Shown piece after piece: positions 1 through 9,838 of a stretch of 64,000 nt of DNA. Position 1 is the first letter of the stretch; each line of letters begins with the position of its first letter. The notes beneath the pieces were generated by a model that was not told the DNA's origin, ran no database searches, and was given only the letters and a program-made list of their open reading frames with translations. A program made the translations under genes and the position numbers. This DNA comes from Oceanispirochaeta sp. Its GTDB lineage: Bacteria > Spirochaetota > Spirochaetia > DSM-2461. Where the stretch lies: contig CAXXOA010000001.1 of NCBI GenBank assembly GCA_963666275.2, positions 256,001 through 320,000 on the forward strand. The letters run 5' to 3'.

Positions 1-1701
1 TTTGATACACGAGAACTGGATGGAATCCTGGTTCTGATCGCGCTGGGGATTGTCCTGAATACCGGTGCTTCCGTGGCCGTTAAACGGGTCCCTGTGCAGA
101 ATAGAATTGAGAAGCGGAGTCTCCTGGAAGCTCTGAGGATTTTTACTTTTTACATTAAAAGCCCCCAGCATCTGCTTTTCATTCTTCTCTACTGCGGGGG
201 GATGTCCCTTATCGTGCTTTTCAACTTTTCCATTCCCTTCCTGAGAAAAGTTTCCGGAGTTCCTTCCAACCTGATTTTTATATTTACAACCATCAATTTT
301 CTGGGGGTAATAATCTCCAGCCGTCTGATCCGGCCTTTTCTGGACCGGTTCGGCAGTAAACCTCTTCTGACTCTGGTGAATCTTGTTATTTTTCTCCTCT
401 CTCTCCTGTGGATTCCCGGGGACGGAGGTCTGGCGCTCTGGATCTACTTTCTGATGGGGTTTGTATCCATGTTTTTTATAGGTATGATCCGTCTCCTTGT
501 GGAGAGGCTGGTTGTGAATACAATCCCCGAGGACGACCGGATCGGGTTTTCTTCGGCCATAGCGGTTGTCTTCTCTCTGGTTTCTCTTCTTGTGGGACTG
601 AGTGGAGGAGCTCTGGCGGATGTGGCAGCTCTGCCGTCGGTGAAGGTTCCCCACGAATACTCTCTGACTTTCGGCCTGATGGGTCTTCTGGCACTTTTAA
701 ACTTTACCCTTTCCCTTTTTCTCAAGGAGAGGGGGAGTCTGACGGCCAATCAGTTCCTGACGGTTCTGGCCAATCCAAAGAATCTGAAAACCATCCATAA
801 TATCGACCTTCTCAAAAGGGTGAACAACCATGTCAGGAAGGAAGCGATCATGATTGAGCTGGAGTCGGACCAGAGCCATCTCGCCACGGAAGAGATCCGG
901 AAACGCCTTCATCTTTCCACCTTCCGGGATAAGGAGATGGTCCTGCGCTCCCTGTTCTCCCATCCCCGCCCCGAATTGGAGGAGGAACTGATCCGGGAGG
1001 CCCTGGATCCCTTCTCCTGGTGGCGCCAGTCTGCCATTTTTGCCCTGGGGGCGTACCCTTCCCTTCAGTCTCAGAAGGCATTGCGGAAGATCATGAAGGA
1101 AAAATATCCCTATCTGCGCTCAGTGGCGGCCAAGTCCATGGCCCGGATAGGAGATTTTTCCTGCCATGAACAGATACTGGAGGCTCTGGGCACCCAGGGG
1201 CTGGACGTGAGGACCTATCTGAATATGATGATAGCTCTGTCTCTGATAGAGCGGGACGGACAGTACTGGAAGACCATTTTTCAGATGGCTTCCTGGAAGA
1301 GCAGTCACAGATTTATTCAGAGTCTGATGATTATAGGTTCCACCAGACAGAACTTTCAGCCCCCTCTGGCGGAACTCTATTACGAATTGAATCTTTCCGA
1401 GAAGGGGGGATTCGATTCTCTTCTGGAGGAGCTGGCGGATCTGAAAATGCCCGAAGAGGAATTTGACGGGATACTCAAAGACATCCGGGAGAAAAATTTC
1501 CTCTCCCTCTGGGGGTGGTGCCGCAGCCGATGCAAGATGTTCTCGCTTCTTGAGCCCTATGAGTGTCTGAGAAAGAGCATTGTGGATTACAGGAAGCGCT
1601 CTCTGAATCCCTCTCTGGTTCTGGCGGGGCTCTATTTTACCATGCAGCTTGAGCTCATCCATGAGAAGCACCTGAAGTCGTTAAAACATATGCCCGAATA
1701 G
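1..1701 (+). CDS. MFS-type transporter fused to C-terminal HEAT-repeat domain (5' end lies upstream of window)
   Basis: Frame is open from base 1 through the GTG at 73; multiple TM helices with MFS-like loop (LDRFGSKPLL); soluble C-half with HEAT-like motifs (RQSAIFALG, RSVAAKSMARIG). Confidence 0.7.
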   Translation, partial: FDTRELDGILVLIALGIVLNTGASVAVKRVPVQNRIEKRSLLEALRIFTFYIKSPQHLLFILLYCGGMSLIVLFNFSIPFLRKVSGVPSNLIFIFTTINFLGVIISSRLIRPFLDRFGSKPLLTLVNLVIFLLSLLWIPGDGGLALWIYFLMGFVSMFFIGMIRLLVERLVVNTIPEDDRIGFSSAIAVVFSLVSLLVGLSGGALADVAALPSVKVPHEYSLTFGLMGLLALLNFTLSLFLKERGSLTANQFLTVLANPKNLKTIHNIDLLKRVNNHVRKEAIMIELESDQSHLATEEIRKRLHLSTFRDKEMVLRSLFSHPRPELEEELIREALDPFSWWRQSAIFALGAYPSLQSQKALRKIMKEKYPYLRSVAAKSMARIGDFSCHEQILEALGTQGLDVRTYLNMMIALSLIERDGQYWKTIFQMASWKSSHRFIQSLMIIGSTRQNFQPPLAELYYELNLSEKGGFDSLLEELADLKMPEEEFDGILKDIREKNFLSLWGWCRSRCKMFSLLEPYECLRKSIVDYRKRSLNPSLVLAGLYFTMQLELIHEKHLKSLKHMPE

Positions 1702-1705
1702 ATGG

Positions 1706-1731
1706 GGGAACCCTACCTGGTAGGAGTTCCC
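1706..1731. terminator. Hairpin between convergent genes (probable bidirectional terminator)
   Basis: GGGAACCCTAC-CTG-GTAGGAGTTCCC inverted repeat between stops at 1701 and 1739. Confidence 0.55.
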
Positions 1732-1738
1732 TTCCTAT

Positions 1739-2557
1739 TTATTCAAACAGATGGATTCTGCTTTCTATAATTCCTTTTTTGAGTTCTTCCAGGGGGAGGT
1801 TCTGAATCTTTGAGGAAAAAGGCTCATAGGAGAAAATAGCCTCGCATCCCAGTTTCAGGAGTTCTGTAACCTGGGCTTTATTGTCCATGATATCATTTCT
1901 GTCCACAAGGACACGGTCCTCATCTGTAATTTCTTCTTTAGACTTACCCGGATATACTCCAGATACATGTACAAGACCTGTATGTTCGGGAAAAAACTCT
2001 TTTTCATTACTCAGATAGTGATGGAATGTGTCGTGGGTCACTTTGTAGAGATCTTCCAGATCGGTAGCTATAATCGCATCTACAGCCTGCTTTTTGTACC
2101 TCACACTGCAGATTTCAAATCCCAGAGGTTCAATAAGGCCTGTTGTTCCGGTTTCTCTGAAAAGGGGAGCATAGGTTTTAAGAGAGTCTTCCAGATCTTT
2201 TTTCTGATCTTCCGGGGATCTGTCATCATCCGGATCATTGACAGGGCAAAGTACAATAACTTTACATTCTATACTGAGAGCTTCTTTTATAAGATCCTGA
2301 AGCTCTTTTTTCTTTTCCGGAAACAGCTTGGGGTCATTAAATCTCTGAAGAGCATTGATAGTCAGGATGCTGATTCCCTTTTCCTTCGCTTTTGCCCTGA
2401 TTTCCTCGGCAGACTGTCCTCCTTTGATGGTAGGATCCTTGAGATCGTTCCGCAGTTCAATGCCCCCGAACCCTGTATCTGCTGCAAATTCTATAAAGTC
2501 TGTTACAGATATGGCAGGGCTGGCAATCCTGTTTACAGATAGTTTTTCTGGTTTCAC
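1739..2557 (-). CDS. Xylose-isomerase-like TIM-barrel sugar isomerase/epimerase (inosose isomerase-like)
   Basis: GIELRND, INALQRFN, EPLGF, DTFHH, HVSG, SYEPFS metal-binding motifs; GTG start with GGAGG RBS; next to iolG. Confidence 0.8.
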   Translation of the reverse strand: MKPEKLSVNRIASPAISVTDFIEFAADTGFGGIELRNDLKDPTIKGGQSAEEIRAKAKEKGISILTINALQRFNDPKLFPEKKKELQDLIKEALSIECKVIVLCPVNDPDDDRSPEDQKKDLEDSLKTYAPLFRETGTTGLIEPLGFEICSVRYKKQAVDAIIATDLEDLYKVTHDTFHHYLSNEKEFFPEHTGLVHVSGVYPGKSKEEITDEDRVLVDRNDIMDNKAQVTELLKLGCEAIFSYEPFSSKIQNLPLEELKKGIIESRIHLFE

Positions 2558-2587
2558 GGTGGTTTATCCTCCTTTATTTTCTGTTCT

Positions 2588-2615
2588 ATTGTAGCATAGT
2601 CAGTAGGTATGTCAA
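2588..2615 (-). promoter_or_regulatory. Sigma70-type promoter of the TIM-barrel gene
   Basis: Minus strand TTGACA-16-TACAAT with extended -10 TG. Confidence 0.6.
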
Positions 2616-2677
2616 CTTAATTGAAATACTTAGTTTTCAAACTGATTAAGCATTGTCATAGTTTGTAAGATGAAGGA

Positions 2678-3907
2678 TTAATCCATCAGAAAATACTTGT
2701 CTATTCCGTAGGCCGCGGCGCCGGTGAGAGTATTGATGGAGTCTTCGCTTTTAAAGCGTATTTCCGTTGTTCTTTCCGCAAGCCGGGGAAGGGCTATCTC
2801 CCCTATGTTTTCCAGAAGTTTCTGTTCGAAGAAGCGGCTGCCGCAGGCGTAATCGCCTTCTATCAGAATCATGTCGGGATCAAAAAACATGATCACCTGG
2901 GAGATCGATAGAGCCAGCCACTGGGCCGCCTCGTCTGTGAGGGCCATCCCCAGGGGGTCCTTCCTGTCGGCGGCTTTCAGTATAGTACAGATGCCTATAT
3001 TGTCGGGTGAGAGATCTTTCAGGGAAGAGCCGGGAAACTCCGGAGCCCTCTGGATCAGATTCTGTTTCAGCCGGTCAAGGCTGATCTGCTGTTCCAGGCA
3101 TCCTCTGCTCCCGCAGGCGCAGGTCTCCCTGTCCTGCCTGTTGACCCTGATATGACCGATTTCACCGGAAAGATAGTGCTTACCCAGGTAGATCTCACCG
3201 TTCATGATGACTCCCGAACTGATGCCGTGCCAGCCCGCATCGATAAGTACCACCGTATCGTGACCCCTGGCTGTTCCCAGCCGGCTCTCGCCGAACACTT
3301 TGTATCTGGTCCAGGAATCGATATGGATGGGGCAGGGGAGTTCCAGTTTTTCCTGAAGGATCTCCCTGAGGTTGGTAAATGTTCCCCAGGAGGGGAAGTG
3401 GGTGGACTGGATGCAGATTCCCGATTCAGGATTCACATTGCCGTGGATTCCCACAAGGCAGGACAGTATCTTTTCACTTGATGGATCAATCTGATCCTGC
3501 CTTTCCAGAATCCGCTTCATTTTGTCGGCGATCCCGGGAAAAGGATCGTTCAGAGCCATAGGCTCGCTGTCGCTGTAAATGGTGCGGTATTTCAGATCTG
3601 TAATACAGAAGTCGATGGAATTGTATTTTACATGGAAGGCCAGGAGGAAATTCCTCCGGGAATTGAAACGGAAAATGGCCGGCCTTTTACCGCCCTCTTC
3701 TGTGGAATCCCCCTTGCCTGCGTCAATAATAACCTCTTTTTCAAGGAGTTCCTCATTGATCTTCATGACAGTCGTCCGGCTGAGTTTTATGATTTTTGCA
3801 ATCTCTGAAACTGACAGGATCTCCTTTTCTCTGTAGAGATCCGTGATGATCTGGATGTTACGGGACCGGATGTTTTTAGGCTTTCTTCCCAGGGTAGGAC
3901 TGTTCAT
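2678..3907 (-). CDS. ROK-family transcriptional repressor
   Basis: N-terminal wHTH (SEIAKIIKLSRTTV, GGKRP), GEIGH and CACGSRGCLE Zn motif; start placed at ATG 3907 (MNSPT) rather than 3994. Confidence 0.9.
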   Translation of the reverse strand: MNSPTLGRKPKNIRSRNIQIITDLYREKEILSVSEIAKIIKLSRTTVMKINEELLEKEVIIDAGKGDSTEEGGKRPAIFRFNSRRNFLLAFHVKYNSIDFCITDLKYRTIYSDSEPMALNDPFPGIADKMKRILERQDQIDPSSEKILSCLVGIHGNVNPESGICIQSTHFPSWGTFTNLREILQEKLELPCPIHIDSWTRYKVFGESRLGTARGHDTVVLIDAGWHGISSGVIMNGEIYLGKHYLSGEIGHIRVNRQDRETCACGSRGCLEQQISLDRLKQNLIQRAPEFPGSSLKDLSPDNIGICTILKAADRKDPLGMALTDEAAQWLALSISQVIMFFDPDMILIEGDYACGSRFFEQKLLENIGEIALPRLAERTTEIRFKSEDSINTLTGAAAYGIDKYFLMD

Positions 3908-3913
3908 CGTTTC

Positions 3914-3943
3914 ATCATAAAGGCAAAGGATTTTTTGCGTCAA
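3914..3943 (-). promoter_or_regulatory. Promoter of ROK gene (probably leaderless transcript)
   Basis: Minus strand TTGACG-18-TATGAT, 6 nt before ATG, no SD. Confidence 0.6.
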
Positions 3944-3987
3944 GTTAAATGTGAAACAATGTAACGTAACATAGAAACGAAATATTG

Positions 3988-4016
3988 TTGACAAACTGAA
4001 AAGGCAGGCCTAGAAT
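3988..4016 (+). promoter_or_regulatory. Sigma70 promoter of iolG
   Basis: TTGACA-17-TAGAAT. Confidence 0.65.
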
Positions 4017-4087
4017 GACTGACAGGAAAGGCTTTTTCCGGTCTTTCCTCCCTGAAAAATGAGAATAGAATTAAGAGAGGATTTTAT

Positions 4088-5104
4088 ATGTCTGAGAAAG
4101 TTGTCATCGGCATAGTGGGAGCGGGAAGAATCGCCCATGTTCATGCCAAGAGTCTCTTCTTTCACATTCCCGATGCGGAAGTGAAAATGATTGCCGACCC
4201 CTACCTGTCTCCCCAGGCGGAAGAGTGGGCTGCCAAGTTCGGTATTAAAAATACAAGTAAAGACTACAAAGATATTATTAATGACCCTGAAATCGATGCT
4301 GTTCTTGTCTGTTCTTCTACAGATACACATGCTCAGATCACTCAGGAAGCCGCCAAAGCGGGAAAGCATGTTTTCTGCGAAAAACCGATAGATCATGATG
4401 TCAAACAGATCAAGGAAACCCTTGAGATTGTTAAAAAGGCGGGCGTTCAGCTTCAGGTCGGGTTCAACCGCCGGTTTGACCACAACTTCAAAGCTCTGAG
4501 GGATGCGGTTGTAAGCAAGAAAATCGGAGATCTCCATATGGTGAAGGTCACCTCCCGGGATCCCGGTGCTCCCCCCATCGAGTATGTGAAAGTTTCCGGC
4601 GGTATGTTCATGGATATGACTATCCACGACTTTGACATGGTTCGCTTCCTTACGGGCAGCGAAGTCAAGAATGTCTATGCTTCCGCCGCTGTACTGGTAG
4701 ACAAGAAAATCGGGGAAGCCGGTGATATCGATACTGCCGTGATTACCATGGAAATGGAAAACGGAACCATCGCTGTGATCGACAACTCACGGGAAGCTGT
4801 CTACGGTTATGACCAGAGAGCCGAGGTCTTCGGTTCCAAAGGGGCAGTTGCCACCGGCAATGATACCCTTAATACGGCTGTGTTCAGCTCTGCCGACGGT
4901 GTTACAGCAGAAAAACCCCTCTTCTTTTTCCTGGAGCGGTATGAACAGGCTTTTGCCGATGAGATGAAAGCTTTTGTAGACGCTATCAATAAGGGAGAGG
5001 AAACTCCTGTTACCGGTATGGATGGTCTGAGACCTGTGCTGATTGCCGAAGCGGCCAATAGATCTCTGAAATCAGGAAAGAAAGAACCTGTAGAATCTGT
5101 CTGA
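4088..5104 (+). CDS. iolG: myo-inositol 2-dehydrogenase (Gfo/Idh/MocA)
   Basis: GAGRIA Rossmann, CEKP, GFNRRFD, SRDP, DMTIHDFD, YGYDQRAEVFG. Confidence 0.9.
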   Translation: MSEKVVIGIVGAGRIAHVHAKSLFFHIPDAEVKMIADPYLSPQAEEWAAKFGIKNTSKDYKDIINDPEIDAVLVCSSTDTHAQITQEAAKAGKHVFCEKPIDHDVKQIKETLEIVKKAGVQLQVGFNRRFDHNFKALRDAVVSKKIGDLHMVKVTSRDPGAPPIEYVKVSGGMFMDMTIHDFDMVRFLTGSEVKNVYASAAVLVDKKIGEAGDIDTAVITMEMENGTIAVIDNSREAVYGYDQRAEVFGSKGAVATGNDTLNTAVFSSADGVTAEKPLFFFLERYEQAFADEMKAFVDAINKGEETPVTGMDGLRPVLIAEAANRSLKSGKKEPVESV

Positions 5105-5130
5105 AAAACAGGGACTCGTTAGAAAGGGGG

Positions 5131-5172
5131 AAGAGGATGCAGAACTGCTGTGTTCTCTCCTCCTCTTTTTTT
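5131..5172 (+). terminator. Probable intrinsic terminator after iolG
   Basis: AAGAGGA...TCCTCTT stem followed by T-run. Confidence 0.5.
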
Positions 5173-5285
5173 AAAAAGTAATGAAAAAGCGATTTTTTTC
5201 TTACCAGATATTATACTATAGGGTCTATGAACAGCTTTTTTCGACAGTTCCTGACCGGCAGGTTTTCCCGGTGCGGTAATCTCTC

Positions 5286-7307
5286 ATGGTAATATTCAGG
5301 ACTTTCCGTTCCAGAATCCTGTTTATTGTTCTGGGGAGTTTTCTGATCTTTTCACTGTTCTTATCCATTTCAAGCGTCTCTTTCAATTATACCCAGATCA
5401 AAATCGAATCAGAAGAAAAACTTATGAACATGGTCAGGCATCAGACTCTCCTGATTGATGAGATGTTCATACAGAGAAAGACCTCGGGGAATTTTCTGCA
5501 GAACTATATAAGTGATACGGTTGATCCCGACAGAATGCAGAAAGACAGAGGCTATTATCTTTCCTACAAGGAAGAGCTGGAACCGATTATTAATGCCCTG
5601 GCCGAAGAAAATAAGGATGCCTGGTTTTTCTTTAATCCCGACCTGAACGGAGAAGCCCATGATATCTGGTTTGCAGCAGATGAGTCGGGGAAGATGTTCC
5701 GTCTGCCAGAGAAAGATCTGGAATTCTATTCGGTAAGGGAGAACAGGGAGTGGTTTTTTGACGCCAGGGATCAGCGGAAAAATCTCTGGTTCAATCCCTA
5801 TCTCTCCCAAACTGAGGAGTTCACAGGAGAATACTGGATCACTTACTCCTGTCCTGTTTATGTGGATGATATTTTTATAGGGGTCGGGGGGCATGATATC
5901 TATTTCAGCGATCTTGTCAAATCTCTGGAACAGATAAGCATCTACGGAACCGGGTACGCCATTCTTCTCAACGATCATCATGATTTTCTGATTCATCCCA
6001 CCCTAACTCAGGATGTTTCCGCCAGTACCTACAAAGACGGTACCTACAGATGGATGAGTGACAGGATGGATATGGAAGCCACAGGCATTCTGGAGTATGT
6101 CTGGGAAGGGGGGGAGAATAAGTTAATGGCTTATTCCCGTCTCTCCAACAACTGGATTCTTGCGGTCACAGCCAATAAACGTATCATTTACGAACCATTA
6201 TACAGGCAGATCTACAGACTGCTGTTTATGCTTCTTGTCTTTATGGGCTTTTTTATTGTCCTCATATACAGACTGACGTCTCACCTGGCTTCAGGACTGG
6301 AGCATCTGATCTCTGCCATTGCCCAGACAGGGGCCGGCCAGTATGAACTCCCCATACCGGAGGAGTTCTATACCGATGCTACCGAGGTGGGAATCCTGGC
6401 CCGGACAGTGGAAGCCATGAGGCAGAGGCAGAACCGGTCTTTCAATGAGATACAGAAATACAATGAAGAGCTGGAAAGTATGGTCCTGGAAAGGACGGAT
6501 GAGCTGGAGGAAAAAAAGAGGCATCTTGAGGATTCTCTGGAAGCATTGCAGGTGGCTCAGAAGAAACTGATAGAGAGTGAACGATTTGAAGCATCCAATC
6601 ATATCCTGATGGAACTGGCTCACAGACTGAATACCCCTCTGGGAAATGCCAAACTAACATCTTCGATTATTCAGGACAGAGTCGCTGAACTTATACAGAT
6701 GGAACCGCAGAAGCGCTGTTCCTGGGTCGAGGAAAATAAAAATCTCCTTGAAGAGACTCTGGGGCATATACGTCATTCGATAGAACAGTCCATAAAAATC
6801 ATCCAGGGGCTTCAGGAAGTCACAAAAGAGGCAGAACAGAAATCCGAAGAGATCCTCAGTCTGAAACAGTTCCTGAACTTCACCTTTTCACACTACAGGA
6901 TTGCCCATGATGATGAGATTCCTGAATTCTCACTTGATTGCCCCGAGGATATAACGCTCCATACAAATCCGGATATCTTATTGAAGGTCATGAAAAATCT
7001 CTACACCTATTCACAGGAAGAGAGCATGAAAGGCAGTGATATAAAAGAGATAAATATCTTTGTGCGGGTTAAAGGCAGTACTGTGTTTCTGGAATACCAT
7101 GACTCCTCTTCCCTGGAATATTCAGACATGAATGAGCATGTTTTTGAACCCTACTCTTACAGGTCTTTCAAATCAGATGAGAAAGGGATCGAAATGCATC
7201 TTGTCTATTTTCTTGTGAGAAGTGTTCTTTCCGGAGAAATTACCTGCCTTGAAAATGCAGAAGGGAAACCCTATTTTCTGATAGAGCTTCCCTCTGCTTC
7301 ATTCTGA
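5286..7307 (+). CDS. dCache-HAMP sensor histidine kinase-like protein with degenerate ATPase domain
   Basis: Two TM segments flanking Cache domain (WFNPY, GYAILL, HP), HAMP, H-box ELAHRLNTPLG; G boxes eroded. Confidence 0.75.
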   Translation: MVIFRTFRSRILFIVLGSFLIFSLFLSISSVSFNYTQIKIESEEKLMNMVRHQTLLIDEMFIQRKTSGNFLQNYISDTVDPDRMQKDRGYYLSYKEELEPIINALAEENKDAWFFFNPDLNGEAHDIWFAADESGKMFRLPEKDLEFYSVRENREWFFDARDQRKNLWFNPYLSQTEEFTGEYWITYSCPVYVDDIFIGVGGHDIYFSDLVKSLEQISIYGTGYAILLNDHHDFLIHPTLTQDVSASTYKDGTYRWMSDRMDMEATGILEYVWEGGENKLMAYSRLSNNWILAVTANKRIIYEPLYRQIYRLLFMLLVFMGFFIVLIYRLTSHLASGLEHLISAIAQTGAGQYELPIPEEFYTDATEVGILARTVEAMRQRQNRSFNEIQKYNEELESMVLERTDELEEKKRHLEDSLEALQVAQKKLIESERFEASNHILMELAHRLNTPLGNAKLTSSIIQDRVAELIQMEPQKRCSWVEENKNLLEETLGHIRHSIEQSIKIIQGLQEVTKEAEQKSEEILSLKQFLNFTFSHYRIAHDDEIPEFSLDCPEDITLHTNPDILLKVMKNLYTYSQEESMKGSDIKEINIFVRVKGSTVFLEYHDSSSLEYSDMNEHVFEPYSYRSFKSDEKGIEMHLVYFLVRSVLSGEITCLENAEGKPYFLIELPSASF

Positions 7308-7313
7308 TTAAAC

Positions 7314-9662
7314 TCAGGAAAAAACGATCTTTTCCACTTCCTTGAAGGTTTCCACGGGGTGGAAGGTAATTCCCGATTTGACATTTTCGGGGATCTCATC
7401 CAGATCCCGGGCATTCTGCCTGGGAATGATTATATCTTTAATTTTGTTCCTCCGGGCGGCGATGGTCTTCTCTTTAAGACCGCCGATGGGAAGGACTTTT
7501 CCCGTCAGGGAAAGCTCTCCGGTCATGGCAAGGTTCTTTTTGATGGTCTTTCCCCGGATGAGGGAGAGCATTGCCGTGGCCATGGTAATTCCTGCGGAGG
7601 GACCGTCCTTGGGAGTGGCCCCTTCGGGAATGTGGAGATGGATCGTATTCTTTTCAAAGAAGTCCTGCTTGATGCCGAACTTTCCTGCAATCTGCTTCAC
7701 GTGGGAGTAGGCAATGCTGGCGGACTCTTTCATGACATCTCCCATCTGACCGGTCAGCTGGAGACCGCCCTTTCCAGGCATTTTAATCGCTTCGATGATC
7801 AGGGTATCTCCGCCCATGCTGGTCCAGGCCAGTCCTATACTGGTTCCGGGAACCGATGCCCTTTTGATCTCATCTTCCGGAAAGAAGGGCTTTTTCAGAA
7901 ATTCCTCCAGATTCTCTTTGGTAATCCTTATGGGAAATTCCTCCTGGCCGCTGACAATTTTCCTTGCCACTTTCCTGTTGATTTTATCGATCGCTTTTTC
8001 AAAGGTCCTCACGCCTGCTTCCCGGGCATAACCGTCCACAATGCTCCGCAGAGCCGTTTTGTTGAACATGAGCTGTCCCTTTTCGATCCCGTGCTTTTTC
8101 ATGGACTTGGGAATCAGGTATTTCCTGGCAATCTCAATCTTTTCGTCAGTGATGTAACCTGAAAGCCGTATGATCTCCATCCTGTCCAGAAGGGGACGGG
8201 GTATGGTATCCAGTGTATTGGCTGTGGCAATAAACAGGATATGGGAGAGATCATAGGGCAGATCCAGATAGTGATCCCTGAAAGAGACATTCTGTTCCGG
8301 ATCCAGTACTTCCAGAAGGGCTGAAGAGGGGTCTCCCTGGTAGGACTGACCCAGTTTGTCGATCTCATCAATCATAAAGACAGGGCCTTTGGTTTTGACA
8401 ATTTTCAGTCCCTGAATGATTTTTCCCGGCATGGCACCCACATAGGTCCGTCGGTGACCTTTTATTTCCGCTTCGTCCCGCATTCCCCCTACGGAGAAAC
8501 GGAAGAACTCTCTGTTCAGGGCATGGGCAATGGATTTTCCAATCGATGTTTTACCAACTCCCGGAGGGCCTACCAGACAGACGATGGATCCTTTGTTATC
8601 CTCTTTCAGTTTCCGAACCGACAGGTATTCTAGGATTCTCTCTTTCACATCCTCCAGGCCGTAATGGTCCCGGTTGAGGATTTTCTCACCCTTGGCAATG
8701 TCTATCTTTTCGGGGACCGGATCGTCCCAGGGAAGGTTGACGATTGTATCCAGGTAGTTTCTTGTTACAATGTATTCAGAGGAAGAGGGATCCATCAGGG
8801 CAAACTTTTCAAGTTCCCTGTCGACCTGTTCCTTGGCTTCTCCCTGGAAGTCCAGTTTTTCGACCATTTCCTTGAACTTGAGATATTCGCTGGATTTGGA
8901 ATCCATCGGTTCTCCCAGTTCTTTTTTGATGGCTTTGATCTCTTCCCTGAGAAAGTACTCTCTCTGGCTTTTCTCGATCTTTTCATTGATCTGATTGGCG
9001 ATCTTCTTCTGTATTCTCAGCAGATCCTGCTCTTTCTTGATGTAGACAAGGACCTGCTCCATTCTGGCCCGCACATCCAGCTGTTCCAGAACCTTCTGCT
9101 GCTGCTCCCTGTCGATGTTGAGGATCGATGTGATGAAGTCGGCGATTTTTCCGGGATTGTCTATGTTGACCATGTTAAGACGCATCTCTTCAGAAAAAAG
9201 AGGATTATCCTCTGAGATCTGTTTCATCTCGGATATCAGAGATCTTGTCATGGCCTTCAGTTCGTCTTTCTGTTCGTCAATGACAATATCATCCAGATAT
9301 TCCACGGCGCCGATTATGGGGGCTTCGCTTGTGAAGAATTTCCGGATCTTGAAACGCTTCACTGTGGAAATGAAGATATTGACTCCTCCGTCGGGGAGGT
9401 TGATCTTTTTGACTATTTTTGCCGCTGTCCCGATCTTGTAGATATCATCCGGACCTGTCGCCTCGTCGCTGTCTTCCTTGAGGAGGACAAGACCTATGAC
9501 TTTATCATTTTCCATGGCCTGGTTCACTATCTGAATATCATCATTGGAAGTGATCATAATAGGAGTGAAAATCCCAGGAAATATGGGTTTCCCCAGAAGG
9601 GGGACAATAAAGAGTTTATCAGGTAAAGCCTGTTCTGCTACGATTATTTCTCCATCTGCCAT
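7314..9662 (-). CDS. lon: ATP-dependent Lon protease
   Basis: GPPGVGKT Walker A, IDEIDK Walker B, PKDGPSAG catalytic Ser, IGGLKEK. Confidence 0.97.
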   Translation of the reverse strand: MADGEIIVAEQALPDKLFIVPLLGKPIFPGIFTPIMITSNDDIQIVNQAMENDKVIGLVLLKEDSDEATGPDDIYKIGTAAKIVKKINLPDGGVNIFISTVKRFKIRKFFTSEAPIIGAVEYLDDIVIDEQKDELKAMTRSLISEMKQISEDNPLFSEEMRLNMVNIDNPGKIADFITSILNIDREQQQKVLEQLDVRARMEQVLVYIKKEQDLLRIQKKIANQINEKIEKSQREYFLREEIKAIKKELGEPMDSKSSEYLKFKEMVEKLDFQGEAKEQVDRELEKFALMDPSSSEYIVTRNYLDTIVNLPWDDPVPEKIDIAKGEKILNRDHYGLEDVKERILEYLSVRKLKEDNKGSIVCLVGPPGVGKTSIGKSIAHALNREFFRFSVGGMRDEAEIKGHRRTYVGAMPGKIIQGLKIVKTKGPVFMIDEIDKLGQSYQGDPSSALLEVLDPEQNVSFRDHYLDLPYDLSHILFIATANTLDTIPRPLLDRMEIIRLSGYITDEKIEIARKYLIPKSMKKHGIEKGQLMFNKTALRSIVDGYAREAGVRTFEKAIDKINRKVARKIVSGQEEFPIRITKENLEEFLKKPFFPEDEIKRASVPGTSIGLAWTSMGGDTLIIEAIKMPGKGGLQLTGQMGDVMKESASIAYSHVKQIAGKFGIKQDFFEKNTIHLHIPEGATPKDGPSAGITMATAMLSLIRGKTIKKNLAMTGELSLTGKVLPIGGLKEKTIAARRNKIKDIIIPRQNARDLDEIPENVKSGITFHPVETFKEVEKIVFS

Positions 9663-9838
9663 GTATATCTCCTGTGGTGTGTCTGTTTGTTCTTTATCAA
9701 ACCGTCCGGTTATCTGACCGGAAGGCTATTAATACTTAGAATTTATTATTTCCGATCCTTAAAGGCAAGTTAATTCTGGAACTTGGATCAAATTGAGTTG
9801 GCCCGGCTGCTGTGTTGAGGTATGATGGGCTTTACCTG

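Noticed and set aside
2633..3999. Shared CAAACTGA near the two inositol-type promoters as ROK operator
   Set aside because: Short, not palindromic, inconsistent position; cannot be supported by eye
9702..9725. Hairpin in the lon leader as CIRCE or RNA thermometer
   Set aside because: Does not match CIRCE and does not sequester the SD
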